A DNA stretch of 31,273 nt from Hydrurus foetidus (GCA_900617105.1 UYFQ01000018.1:62001-93273), one strand, 5' to 3'; counted from the stretch's first letter, positions 1-16,003 are shown. Notes: generated by a model not told the origin, from the letters alone. Program-made: numbers and translations.

Positions 1-120
1 CCGTCATGTTTTGTATTGTATCGTGCGAAGGGAAGTGTGTATGACTGTCCTCCAGCCTATCAAAATACATGGCTGTTTCCCGATCCCAAGTCGTTCTTTC
101 TCCCATCCTTCTCTGTCTAG

Positions 121-931
121 GTCGGCACTTATCCTCTCTCCCTTGCGATCCAAAAGTTGGAAGGCTTCTAGTATACGGTGCTCTACTAGGTACGTACATA
201 CTGTTCGTACGTCTGTTCGTACGTGCACAAGAACAGAATACGTTTGTTATGTGTGCACACAACACATGTACTTCAATGTATAGATTACACAAACGTACCA
301 TCGTATGTATTGTACGCACGCACACATTAGACATGAAATGCCATACCAAGTCGGTATACACCTGTACTAATGACGTACGTGTTTTATTGCTCTCAGGCTG
401 TACTTACGCAGCGTCTGCCATTGCGGCGGGTCTTACGGCCAGATCTCCATTTTTACCAGGAGCGAATAAGGTGTGTATGGTGTGGGGAATAATGATTACT
501 CGAATTGGGAATGTTTTTGTGTACCATGTGCCTTGTCGTGCATGAGAATAATTTTGGATGGATATCATTGAATGCAGGCAGACAAGGACAAGTCGTGATC
601 GTATGAATATGTACCGTTTAAGTCTCCCACTTGAATATATCAGTCAACGCTGTTCCTCTCCCTATTTTCGTCCCTTTCCCTCTCCCGTTATATCCCTCTC
701 TCTTACCCACTGACCCTCTCTCCCTCTCCTCACCTCTCACTCTCTCTGTCTATTTCTCACACTCTCGCTTTTCAAAATTTCTAATATCACTACACCGTAT
801 AAAATTCTAAATTCCATGTTGAAGTCCAAGTTCTCTCTGGCAGCGAACACTCACAGCGACCAGTACGCACTGTACATGGCGGTGAAGATGTTCGCAGACA
901 GCGGAAAGGGAGCAGCTCAGAAGAGGTATGT

Positions 932-966
<35 letters not shown>

Positions 967-2088
967 TCTGTGTGTATATGTATGTGCATATTTATGTGTC
1001 TGCTTTGACATTTGTATGTATGTACGTATGTAATTATGTACGTACGTATGTATGTATGTATGTATGTGTGGATGTATGTATGTATGTGTGGATGTATGTA
1101 TGTATGTGTGGATGTCTGCGCAATTATCGTTTGAATATATAATTATACTACAGTAAATGGTTCCAAAATAAAAATTTCAAGGGCTCTTGAATACCATTTA
1201 AACAACATTCTTTCGAATACAATGTTATCAGGTTCTGCGATGACAATTTATTGTCGTACGAGCGCATGGTGGAAATCCGTACGTTACAAAAAGATTTACT
1301 TGAAGGATTAGTCACGCTCGGATTTATTCAAAAATTCGAAAACGGTATTTCCCAGTCACATATTTCGAACCGTAATTTATCAAAACCGAAAATCGTCATT
1401 GCTACGATTTGTGCGGGATTGTATCCTCAAATCGGTAAATTGGTCAGACCTGCACAGAAATTTTCAGAAACTCAAGGGGGGTTGATTGAACGGAATGTAC
1501 AGGTCCAGGAACTGGAATTTTATATTTTAGATAATCAAGATAATGAGAATGACGAAAAGGAGAAAGATAAAGAGAAAAGAAAAGAGTAAATTGATTACAA
1601 TGGGTAATAAAACAAAAAATAACAATAGCATTCTCAGTATTAGCGATAACAACAACAGCAAATTCAATAGCAGCAGTGTGGACCTTGTGCGTGTGGATAT
1701 ACACACGTCAAGCGTTAACTCTACAAACGTAACGTACAGATCAAGTAACTTCATAATATACAGCGAGAAAAAACTCAGTCAAAATAACGCAAATAAAGAC
1801 AATAACACCTTTACCGCTTTCCTGCACGATATCACCGAAATTCCTCCATTTCCGTTATTATTTTTTGGCGGTGAATTAGCGGCGCAATACTCAGAAGGCA
1901 CGGTTACAATCGACAACTGGATTAAATTTTCCGCTCCCGGAAAAATCGTATTTTTGATCCTCAATTTACGGAAATCTTTTGACGATTTATTGACGGAAAA
2001 GATCTTGGATCCAGAATTCGAGATTTCAGAATCGAAAGTTTTAGAAGCTGTGTGTCTTCTTTTTGCAACTGATGGACTGGATAAATAA
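121..2088 (+). CDS. DEAH-box RNA helicase (DHX36/DHX57-like), 3' exons encoding HA2 and OB-fold; 5' part outside window
   Basis: GT-AG exons: 121-189 (GRHLSSLPCDPKVGRLLVYGALLG), 397-470 (CTYAASAIAAGLTARSPFL), ~825-925 (HSDQYALY...QKR; acceptor uncertain, a small exon near 580-615 possible) and 1232-2088 (FCDDNLLSYERM...ICAGLYPQ...VDIHTSSVN...FLHDITEIPPFPLLFFGG...IDNWIKF). These match HA2/OB_NTP_bind motifs. One apparent frameshift in an A-run near 1575. Confidence 0.88.
934..1115. repeat. Intronic microsatellites (GT)n and (TATG)n
   Basis: (GT)n at 934-964; TATG and TATGTGTGGATG arrays at ~1013-1115 in the helicase intron. Confidence 0.95.
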
Positions 2089-2769
2089 ATTAGATGGTTA
2101 TTCCATTTAAAAGATACTAAATACTCTTTTTTCAGTTCATAGAATATCGTGACTTAACTAGTGATATGAAATGTTGCCTGGAGCAGTCGCCTTTTTTAGC
2201 ATCACAAGCCTCATTCGATGTGCTTCAATGTCCACATGCATCTTACACTAAATGCATGACAAAAAGTAGTTGAAAATGTGCTTCTGGTAAAATGTTAGGT
2301 CAAAATAGTATGTCATTCTACATTACCCAATGCACCAAATAATCGGAAGGCGGGAATTGAAATCCAATTTTTAATTTCTATCGTAAAACGACCAGACAAG
2401 CTGTACATCCCTTTTAACGGTAGTGTAGTGCACGAGGTTGTGTTTGAAGAAGGAGATGACGTATGAAAACTGTCGAACTTCAACAGCTGCATATTCCGTA
2501 TTTCCAAACGAACTGGTAAGGCACGAGTTGAAGGTTTTGGGCGTAGATGATATTGGAGATGAACTAGATGGTGCTTTTACTTCATCAGAAGTAATCTCAA
2601 ACAAATAGGTCTCAGAATTGTGCACTTCGTACTTTTGGAAAAAGTCTGGATACCCATCCTTGCCCCTTCTGGCTTCTGGTCTAGGGTCAGCTCGGAACTC
2701 GGAACATGAACAGTAAAATGGTACAGTTACAAGCCATTAAAACCAATAAATGCTGGAAGCAATAACCGA

Positions 2770-3153
2770 AAATTGAGGCAATTATTTTCTTGCAATTATT
2801 AATTTTGACGAATAGGACAGGAAATGGAATTAACAATTAATTGCAATTAAAATTGCTTGCAATTTGCAGCTCTTCAGCAGTTATTTTGCAATCATTTCGC
2901 AATTATTTTGAAATTAATCGGAAAAATTGCTGTTCATTCCGACAAATTGTATTAAAAGTGCAATTATTTTGCTGTCATTTTGCAATTATTGCAATTATTG
3001 CAATTAACTGTTAATTGGTCAAGAATTGCAATTATTGTTGCTTATTGTTGCTTCAACAATCGATTGCAGAGTGGATGCAAGAATTGCATAGAGAAATTTA
3101 ATAATTGCAATTAATGATTTTGGTGAAAAACAACATTGCAATTGAATCGCAAT
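2770..3153. repeat. AT-rich tract dense in TGCAAT/ATTGCA motifs
   Basis: Many dispersed copies of (T)TGCAATT / AATTGCA(A) on both strands, ending ~260 bp upstream of the LysRS start. Confidence 0.6.
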
Positions 3154-3411
3154 GTCTTCTATGATAGGCTCGACAGTTATTGAAGTACGGGGCGGAGGCG
3201 GAGGTACTTATCATCCGATCTCGGATCCCACTCAATCCCATTGATCTGTCTGCTGCCGGCTTGCTCCAAATTTGCCAACCATGCCATCACGCGATGGAAC
3301 ATCCCTTCAACCCTATCAGAATCTCACAATTGCCTCGCGCCGCTTGTGTATCGACGCATCGCGAATTTCATTGCTGACAGTATCGGAAAGCGGCCTTTTC
3401 ACGCGATTTCA

Positions 3412-7926
<4,515 letters not shown>

Positions 7927-9485
7927 AAGGGAAAGGATTAGAAGATAGGAAGAAAGGAAGGAATGAAAGACGATTTAAGAGAAGAGTGCCAAGAAGCAGT
8001 GGTTTCAAAGAAAGGAGAAGAAAAGGGGAGAGCAGATGATGCCCTTAGCAGTATCATAATACAGAGTCGGGTTGCTGAAGATTAGAGTGGATCAGTGTAG
8101 TGATAGAGAGAGAAGGGTGTGTCGATGGATTTATCAGACTAAAATAGCAATTATGATGTTTGACAGATGAGATGAAAAGGTTTGAAAGAGGTGTAGGATA
8201 GGAACCTGTTTGTATGCTGAAGAAGTTAGTCAACACGCAGGTGCAACAATACGCGATATCGCAGTCAGCATACCACACCATACTATTCTGTCCCCCACAA
8301 CCCAGAGTCACACACGCACAAAATTTTCTTTTACCGTGCAAGCCGTGTTAACATCTCCACCGCATACATCCAATTACGGGCTATCAGTATTTCATCTTTG
8401 TCTGACTTTCAACGCCAAGTCCTGATTGTCACGTTCACAAATTTCCGTACTTTGAGTAAGGATGGATAGATTATTCTTCGATTTTATCAAAAGATTAAAT
8501 GAAAAGATATTTCCTCAAACTTGCCCTCCTTCGCTTCAACTGTGGTGCATTTTTCAATATTCAAATGAGAGGAAATAGACAGACGGCGAGTAAACTTTCT
8601 TTTCATCTAGGTTTGATGCCAAACGACCCGAAGGCTGTTATGCCCCTATGGGCATCCGACAAATATTACAGCTACAGAAGGGCAAGGGCCATCCGATCCC
8701 AGCCGGTGTCAAAGAGCAGCAGCCCTGTGGCGATATGGACGACAGCACTGCACTGCTACACGGTGGCATACAGTTCAAAGTACGGTTATCCAGCCATCTC
8801 TTACAGCAGTCTTACGCAACGATTTCTAGAAGAATGACCCTCCGTGGGCGGCCTCGAAGCATAGGAGCAACGTTGCTCTCAAGAAATTTTCAATGAAAAT
8901 CACCATGATCTCTGGTCTCTGGTCTCGCCGGTGACATGGAGCGGACGGACAGTTGGACATCGTTTATGGTTCATGCCGGATATTATCCGGTATGATATGG
9001 TCAGTCTTTCGCCTATCGTATCATGCCGGATGATATCTGGCTTGCAACCGAATGCAGTTGTCACGAAGTCACTCAGCGCCAGCATTGCAACACGCAATCA
9101 ATACATTGACAGTTCAGTAGGACAGTTGCATCATTTCAGTTCATCATATCATCGCGACGATATCATGATCTCTCAGCATTTTGGAGTTCAAGGGCAAGCT
9201 CCGAGCAGAGTTATCGGTAAGAAAATTGCGACGGCAAATTTTAACAACTTTTTATTTATTACAAATAAGGCCCTTCCTAGTGGAGTACAAATTACAAAAT
9301 ACAAAATTTGAAAATTTTTGGAATTTTTTTTTTGTACTTTGTACCTCTACGGTTGTAGTGGTTGACAAAACACGAAAGCTCTGTTTTGTATCTTTTTTTA
9401 ACCTCACGTTTGTAGTGGATGTCATTTTACAAAACACAAATTAGCAACCTCTAAAAATTTTTGCCACCACCTCAATTCTGCAAGA

Positions 9486-10231
9486 TGGTCAAAAGCAAGG
9501 TAATGCAAGCCAAACCCAAGTCCGTGAAGAAATTTGTCGAGAAACTCAAAGCTCCCCAGTTGAAGTCGTTGCAGTATCTTCTTGCTGCAAATGCCTATGT
9601 CTCAATTATTGAGGGATCTGCTCGGAGAAAGAAGACGCAGAAAGAAGACATGGAAATGTGAGTTGTTTAAACTCTGATTATAGCATTTTAACCTCTCAAG
9701 AACTCATCAATTTCATTGTCACTTCATAGATTATACCATGGTGATGGCGGCGACCAGCTTGGTCAAGTCAACCAACGATTGAATGGGAATAATCGCTACA
9801 AAGTCTTATGGGACGGAGATAAAATTGGTTCTGGGTTTGAGATTTTGAGCGGTGTTACCAAAGATTCTATCAAGGAAATCATCAATATGTCGACCTTGTC
9901 TGGACGTAAGAGAATCACGGGCCGTTAACTGCTGTCTAAAGCAAAGGCGAGCATTAAAGAAGCCAAAGTTTTACTGGCGTATTCGACAGACTACACCAGG
10001 CACGGTGGTTTCCCGTCTGGGAAAAATGAGAAGGACGCTCTAGAATTTTGTAAAGAGTCTGTTACAGCGGAGCATCAACACAACATGGAGAAAGAAGACG
10101 ACACTGATGACGACACCGTCATTAGCAGCAGCGGAAGCAGCGGAGACCGTCATTAGCAGCAGCGGAAGCAGCAGCAGCAGAATGATCATCGGGAGCAGCG
10201 GGAGCAAAAGGGACAGTAACCAAGAGAAATC

Positions 10232-10265
<34 letters not shown>

Positions 10266-10322
10266 AACAGCAACAAGGAAGGCAAGAGGACGGTTAAAAA
10301 GAGAACTAGTGATAGTGTTTAA
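9486..10322 (+). pseudogene. Harbinger accessory (putative DNA-binding) gene, disrupted
   Basis: ATG at 9486, intron 9659-9729 (gtgagt..catag). In-frame TAA at 9926-9928, after which the frame continues (LLSKAKASIKEAK...GGFPSGKNEKDALEF). Decays into a ~31-bp duplication and AGC/AAC repeats. Function inferred only from its position opposite the transposase. Confidence 0.6.
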
Positions 10323-10599
10323 TTGATTTATTACTTGCATTGTTTAGAATTGGTTTTGGTATTGTGTACTCCACTACAATCGAGAGGTACAAAAATCAGG
10401 ATACAAAAAAAGGAAAAATAAATATGCTTCGAAAGTATGATAATAGAAGTTAAAACATGCTAATATAATTATGTGAATTGATTTTGACGATAAATTAATT
10501 TTAAAATTTTGTATGATTATTTTGTACTCCACTACAATCGAACGGATACAAAATTAGAATGAGTATATACAATACATGATATACAAGGACTTAAAAACA

Positions 10600-12049
10600 T
10601 TAACCTAGAGCCATTTTACCAGCTCTAGAAGGCCAAATTAATTTTCCTAACTCCCATAATTTATTGAAGTGAGTTACTAATATGTTACGAAACTTAAAAT
10701 TAGATAGAGTCTGTAAACTTCTAGCTTCTTTAACCTCATTGATAACATCATTATCATCAACACCTACATCCTTGTTAATACTATTAATCTCATCACTTTC
10801 CAGAATGGAGCAGTCAAATGTGCGTGGATTATTTCCCTGGCGGCCACTACGAAATCTTCGAAATATAATTGGATCACAGTAGGCCTCTGTATCTCCTGGG
10901 GCATGCCATCCCAGTTCGCCCTGGAAGGTACTTATCACCCCCTTATTCCATCTCCAATCCAGTCCATCGCAATTCAGTAACATGTTGTGGAATGCACAAC
11001 AGGTGAACCAAATATCATCTTCAACCTCCAAACCATGCATCCTTACACCGATCTTAAGAATTCTCCATCGCCCTAAAGAAGAATATAAGTTATGGAGTAT
11101 ATGAAAAGTATATAATATGCAATACAGTCAAATTGAGTTCTTACCTTTCATAGTACCAAAGCTGCACTCAACATCTTTGCGCATTGATTCAGCCCATCTT
11201 GACCACCTTTGTTCTCTGACGGAAGATGACGCTTTGAAAGGGCATATCAGTGAGGTCCACGATGGATACCCTCCATCAACAAGAAGCCAACAGTTGTTGC
11301 AAGTATCTGCCGGCGGTGATTGACAACAAGTTGATATGCACGAGTTGTATGAGATTCTTTTCCCCAAGATTCTGATTCTTTAAGCGCGCATAGCACTTCT
11401 CCATTATAATGTGAGTAACATCTGCAGACCCAATACATCCATCGAACGCCGCCGCCTTAAACTCTGACATATGATCTTTGACTTCATCTTCAGATTCTGG
11501 GCGTTTCACCCACATGGGATATAGAAACTTCCTGCAAGCTTTGACAAACAAATTGAAGAAAACGCGATGTGACTCCTCAGATACCCCTGTAGCCTCGGCG
11601 ATATCGTCAAAAGTCCACCCTCTTCCTAGATAGCGCAAAGCACCCAGAATGAATAAATCCAATGGAATCCCAGGTTGGTGACATGCATTCCGCGGTTCGT
11701 AAGTGGGAAACCATTTTTGCTCTCTCGCCAGTTTCACTAGACCTTGAAACTCGGCGTAGGGCATCCTGAATCGTCGCCTGAACTGGGCGTATTGACTTTT
11801 ATTTTTGAACCAACCGACTCCAGATACATATCTTCGGTACCATTCCGACTCCACAGCTTGGAATGGATCATACCCTTGATAGTTCCTTGCAGCATATGGT
11901 CTTTTTTCTTTAACAACTACTTGTTTCTGTTCTTCTTTACCCTCTTCATCCTCCTCGTCATAATTTCTATCTCGTTTCCTTATATACGCAGCCCATTTAT
12001 CAAATACGACGATTCCTTCATCATCAAAGATACTAGTGAACCTCTCCAT
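10600..12049 (-). pseudogene. Harbinger DDE transposase (DDE_Tnp_4-like) with intron, frameshift and internal deletion
   Basis: Motifs FRRRFRMPY, LGALRYLGRGWTFDD, GCIGSADVTH, WLLVDGGY, ESMRKDVECSFG|GRWRILK, CCAFHNMLL. Intron 11073-11144; frameshift at G-run 11362-11365; deletion junction at ~11285-11293. Confidence 0.92.
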
Positions 12050-12325
12050 CTCAAATCAACTTTCAGATGTTGAATTGATGTCGATTAGGATGAGTTATTA
12101 GTAATATAAATAAATTTTTTCGAATTATGTACCTGTACAATCGAGGTACAAAAAAACTCAAGAATTTTGTCACAAGGGGCCTGTTTTGTACCTCGACAAA
12201 ACAGGAAATTTTCTTTTTTTTTGTTTTTTTGTTTTTTGTACTCCACTACAATCGAGAATCCAAGTAAGAGGTACAAAACAGGAATTTTGTATTTTGTAAT
12301 TTGTACTCCACTGGGACCGACCTAA

Positions 12326-12570
12326 GGGTGTGAACGAGGAAAGGATTTCAGATCCAAGTACAGAAGTACGCGACATATTTGGTGGAGCACTACATTACAA
12401 AGGAGGATAAAGTATAGTACATATCTGGTGGATTCAATGCTATTAGAGAAATACAGAGCTGAAATTCTGCATGAGTGGTATTCGTCAGTGCAACAAGATA
12501 TATTGACGCAGAAATCACTCTTCGTTGCATAAAAGTTGGTGAAGAAGTGGCATCTAAATCATTTCCTGTC
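12326..12570 (+). repeat. Copy A (3' part) of an unidentified decayed sequence; its 5' part lies at ~9010-9190 before Harbinger 1
   Basis: Aligns by eye to the reverse complement of 12907-13375; about 22 differences in the 126-nt core 12445-12570. Confidence 0.85.
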
Positions 12571-12906
12571 AGGAAAGAAGTTCTCTATGATATCTCTAGC
12601 ATTTTCCTGTGGGAGAAATCGATTGAGTCACGATATCGCTGGTTTAAATTCTACCTAAAGTATACGTCCGGAGGAGGGTGTAGAGGAGAGAGTGTGCTTA
12701 TATCTACAAATGGCTGATATTGGAACCCTATACTACAGGCATTCGCACTTGACTGGAACCAGCAAAAGTTACGGCGTCAAGATATTTGTAATTATGTTAA
12801 TGGTAAGGAGCACTTCGAGATTGCTTTCTATCACTTCTCTGCTGAATATCATATGGTCAAAGGCGGGACCATCACAAATGTTAGGGAGGTGCACTTACAA
12901 CCATCA

Positions 12907-13375
12907 CCGGCAGAAAATGAGTTAGATGCCACTTATTCACCAACTTTTATAAAATGAAGCGTGAATTCTGTGTCAATATATCTAGTCGCAATTTTGAATG
13001 CCAGTCATGCATAGTTCCAGCTCTGTATTTCTCAATCCCTGGGTAAAGATATCTAACAGCATGTAATCCAACAGACATGTGCTGCTTTGCGGAGCCACAC
13101 TTTGGTGGTTTATCCTCTTCTGTGACATAGTGCTGCACCAAATATGTCGGCGTATTTCCTTAGCAAACATGAACCGGAAAGCCTTTCTGCGTATGTCCTC
13201 CAGAACTCTAAATGCTGAGAGATCATTGTCAGTGTCGCGGACTGCCCCGTCCACAGGTGTCATCGGTGACTTATGGCACATGCCTTAACTGGTTGGCAAA
13301 ATACAAATTGCATGTCCCCAGTCGTCACGAGTGCTAGCGCTTAACCATTTTTGTTATTCGGGCATGATATGATAA
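12907..13375 (-). pseudogene. Copy B of the unidentified decayed coding-like sequence
   Basis: Inverted homolog of copy A. Reads ...DNDLSAFRVLEDIRRKAFRFMF / VQHYVTEEDK...EKYRAGTMHDWHSKLRLDILTQNSRFIL*KLVNKWHLTHFL. No family recognised. Confidence 0.5.
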
Positions 13376-13401
13376 CCATCGAGTGCCATATGTTTTGTAT
13401 T
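13376..13401 (+). mobile_element. Solitary TIR of the MITE family at 15532-16003
   Basis: CCATCGAGTGCCATATGTTTTGTATT versus CCGTCGAGTGCCATATGTTTTGTATT (1 mismatch). It sits where homology between copy B and copy A stops; no partner TIR seen. Confidence 0.75.
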
Positions 13402-14850
13402 TTGTTTGAGTGGTGTGCTGCGAAAATATGGTATTACGTCGTGTTCAGAGCATCGATGACAGATAGCAATGATTTACACATCAGTTTCATTCTAAATTAC
13501 ATTGCAGTAGCAAAACATCACATAATCTCCTTCTGCTTTTTCACAGGTAATCTTGACATTCTCTTCTACCTCGTCATGAAATTTCTCTGAATATCATGAA
13601 ACAAATGTCCCTCGCAGTATCATGTTATGACAGTCGACTTCGACGCCATTTTAGCCAGTTTGGTGAGTTTCAATCTGTTGGCGGCCAAACGAATCTACTA
13701 CATTCAAAACTACAATTTGAACTCAGTTGAGCACAATTGTCGGGAAACTAACGGACCAAATTTTGATCATATCACTTTTAGGATGAGAACGATCGCATCT
13801 TTCCCATCAAGGAAAAAAGGGGCATTCGCGTTGCGGCGAGACCTATCCGCGAAGAAACATACAACCTGCGAGTTGCGCCGCTACCCTGAAAATGTACACG
13901 ATTCGATTTTAGAAAATTCCTTCAATTTACGATGTGGGATGTGAAATTTAAGGAGCTATCATATTTTGTCTCGAAGATAATGAAATTGCATCACTAACAT
14001 TAGATTAATGATCTCCTCCCTATGTGCGATCTTCAGATTCGAATTGCATTCAAATCATGGTGCTGCCGGTTTTGAATGATGTGCCAGGAGAGGTGCTGCC
14101 TCCATGTGCTGAGAGGATAGGGAAAGTCGCTAGAGAGGAAGCTGCCGTCTTAGCTGAGTTTATGGATAACAACTTAAGTGTCTCACTTGACGATGCAACA
14201 TATGAAATAGATTATAAGTTTGATTGCTCTCTGTCTGAAGATTTGAACCATAAGGCGGAAGGTTATAAAATAGAAATTACACTGTACTAAAAAAATCAGG
14301 GCTATGGGCTTAGCAAATTATCGACCTATTAGGATCAAAGAGTATTGATGCAATTAAAATTGTAAATTAATTCAGCGATTTGGGATGTGAGTTTAATTTC
14401 CGCCTTTCAACTCTGTATTAGTTTGTTTCGTCAGCTCTTTCAATTGAGTCATCTTCTTCAGTACAGTTATTATTGACAAAACACAGAAATAGTGCACGTT
14501 CAACACTTTCTTCCTCACTCGGTTCACTTGAATCTGGACTTATGATCACTTTCTCAGCTTCTTCATCCATCGTGCCTTCAGGTATAACATAGAATTTCTT
14601 TTTTATACTTGGACGGAAATTACCAGTCCAGAGTCCTCCATAGGTAGTGTTCCCGTTTTTATGAATGATCTATTAGTACACGATTGAAACTTCTCTTCAT
14701 TAAATTGATCTTTGAATAGGAGAATTAGGTCTATGATACCTTCTGTCATTGTCGGATTGGGAGGGTCGAAGTCCAAGTTTTGACGAACGGATTTTTCTGT
14801 TTTATTATTTTATGTTCTTGCAACCTTGTACACTTGAAAGGCATCGTATA

Positions 14851-15122
14851 TAGCTATTTTCACCACGAGGGCGTAATTGAGCTTTTACGGCCGAGGGTTT
14901 TTTCGTAATTTTGAGCCAGAGGGCGCAGCCCGAGGAGCTCAATTCACTGTAAAAAAACCCGAGGAACGGAAAAGATCTACGCCCAAGTGGTGAACATCGC
15001 TTATAATTTCAGTGAGAAGGGGTGAAAACGCTGTTATTCGCCCGCCCGTGAGATCGGTTAAAGATCGGAAATGGCCGGTCAGAGAAATGGGGATAAAACG
15101 GCGTTTTATACCCCTCCGAAAT
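14851..15122. mobile_element. Non-autonomous double-hairpin insertion flanked by duplicated TATA (possibly Crypton-like)
   Basis: Removing it restores pogo codons AGA TTA TAC GAT GCC. Two adjacent imperfect inverted-repeat units (14847-15005 and 15001-15127), with TATA at the left end, the middle and the right end. Confidence 0.8.
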
Positions 15123-15531
15123 TATAATCTATTTACCCTTTTTGCTCTAATATGACCCTGTAGGGGCCCATTCATCTCTAGGGGCCCATTCAGAGCTTGC
15201 AGTTCTGACGTCATATTGGGAGGTAAGAATGCGACATCTATATTCACTTCTTTTATCGCATCCCGCACGATGGATGTTTAATGATTACCACAATTATCAC
15301 ACTATAATAGCATCTTGCCCAATTTCATTTTTATTGGATGCATTACTATTTCAAACCATAGAATCATTCGAATCGAATCATTCCAGGATTTGACCTGGCT
15401 TGTGATAACATGCCCAGTTTCTTTATTTATTATATCTTTGCTACAAATAACTGTTAGTTCTTTTCGCCAAATTTTAAGTTCCCATCCATCGTTTGCTGTA
15501 AATCCCGTCTTTTTGAATAGCTCCTTTATTA

Positions 15532-16003
15532 CCGTCGAGTGCCTTATGTTTTGTAATCCATTGGTATTACGGCGAAATAGCCTCCGACCAAAATCACGGG
15601 AAATTACCGAAATAGTGAATTTCTGAATTTATTTGAAGACATCTGAAAAAGCCATCTCCTTCAATATTGCTTCCAATGAGAAACTATGTGGAGATTCGGA
15701 TTCAGGGAGATTATTTTAGTTTGGTTGTCTGTTTGAAAGTCTTCTGGGGATTTTATCGTCTGCAAAATTTCCAACCCCCGGTAATGAGATTGACCAAATC
15801 ATGACGTTAGATGACAAGTTGACTGTAAAGAACTTCTCAGATGTTCATAACACCATATAGTTTGTTGTCTGAAATGTCCAGATTACCCTAGAAGTGTCAT
15901 TCGATTAAGAGGGGTATCATAGCAGCTAAAGAACTTTCTAAAATATGCTCAAATATGCATGTTTTCGTGCAAACCGGAATACAAAACATATGGCACTCGA
16001 CGG
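15532..16003. mobile_element. 472-bp MITE of Tc1/mariner type
   Basis: 24-bp TIR CCGTCGAGTGCCWTATGTTTTGTA; TA TSD at 15530-15531 and 16004-16005. Removing it restores pogo codons ACA GTA ATA AAG. Confidence 0.92.

Larger units (their letters stand above)
9269..12322. mobile_element. PIF/Harbinger DNA transposon 1 (both ends present, decayed coding regions)
   Basis: Left TIR 9269-9308 GGCCCTTCCTAGTGGAGTACAAATTACAAAATACAAAATT; right TIR 12283-12322 reverse-complements to GGTCGGTCCCAGTGGAGTACAAATTACAAAATACAAAATT (4 mismatches). TAA TSD at 9266-9268 and 12323-12325. Contains two convergent genes. Confidence 0.93.

Noticed and set aside
1..17. CCGTCATGTTTTGTATT resembling the MITE TIR
   Set aside because: The match needs an 8-9 nt gap, is at the window edge, and is AT-rich; probably chance.
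2313..2740. Short minus-strand ORFs between helicase and LysRS
   Set aside because: No recognisable domain or convincing gene structure; could be a decayed fragment but cannot be supported.
8499..8896. Overlapping ORFs of 112 and 82 aa downstream of LysRS
   Set aside because: No recognisable motif; may be the upstream part of decayed copy A, but there is no second copy here to test.
9926..12950. In-frame TAA codons (9926; shared TAA in both inverted copies) suggesting stop-codon reassignment
   Set aside because: The helicase ends at TAA and LysRS at TAG at the expected C-termini, and long intact exons contain no in-frame TAA or TAG.
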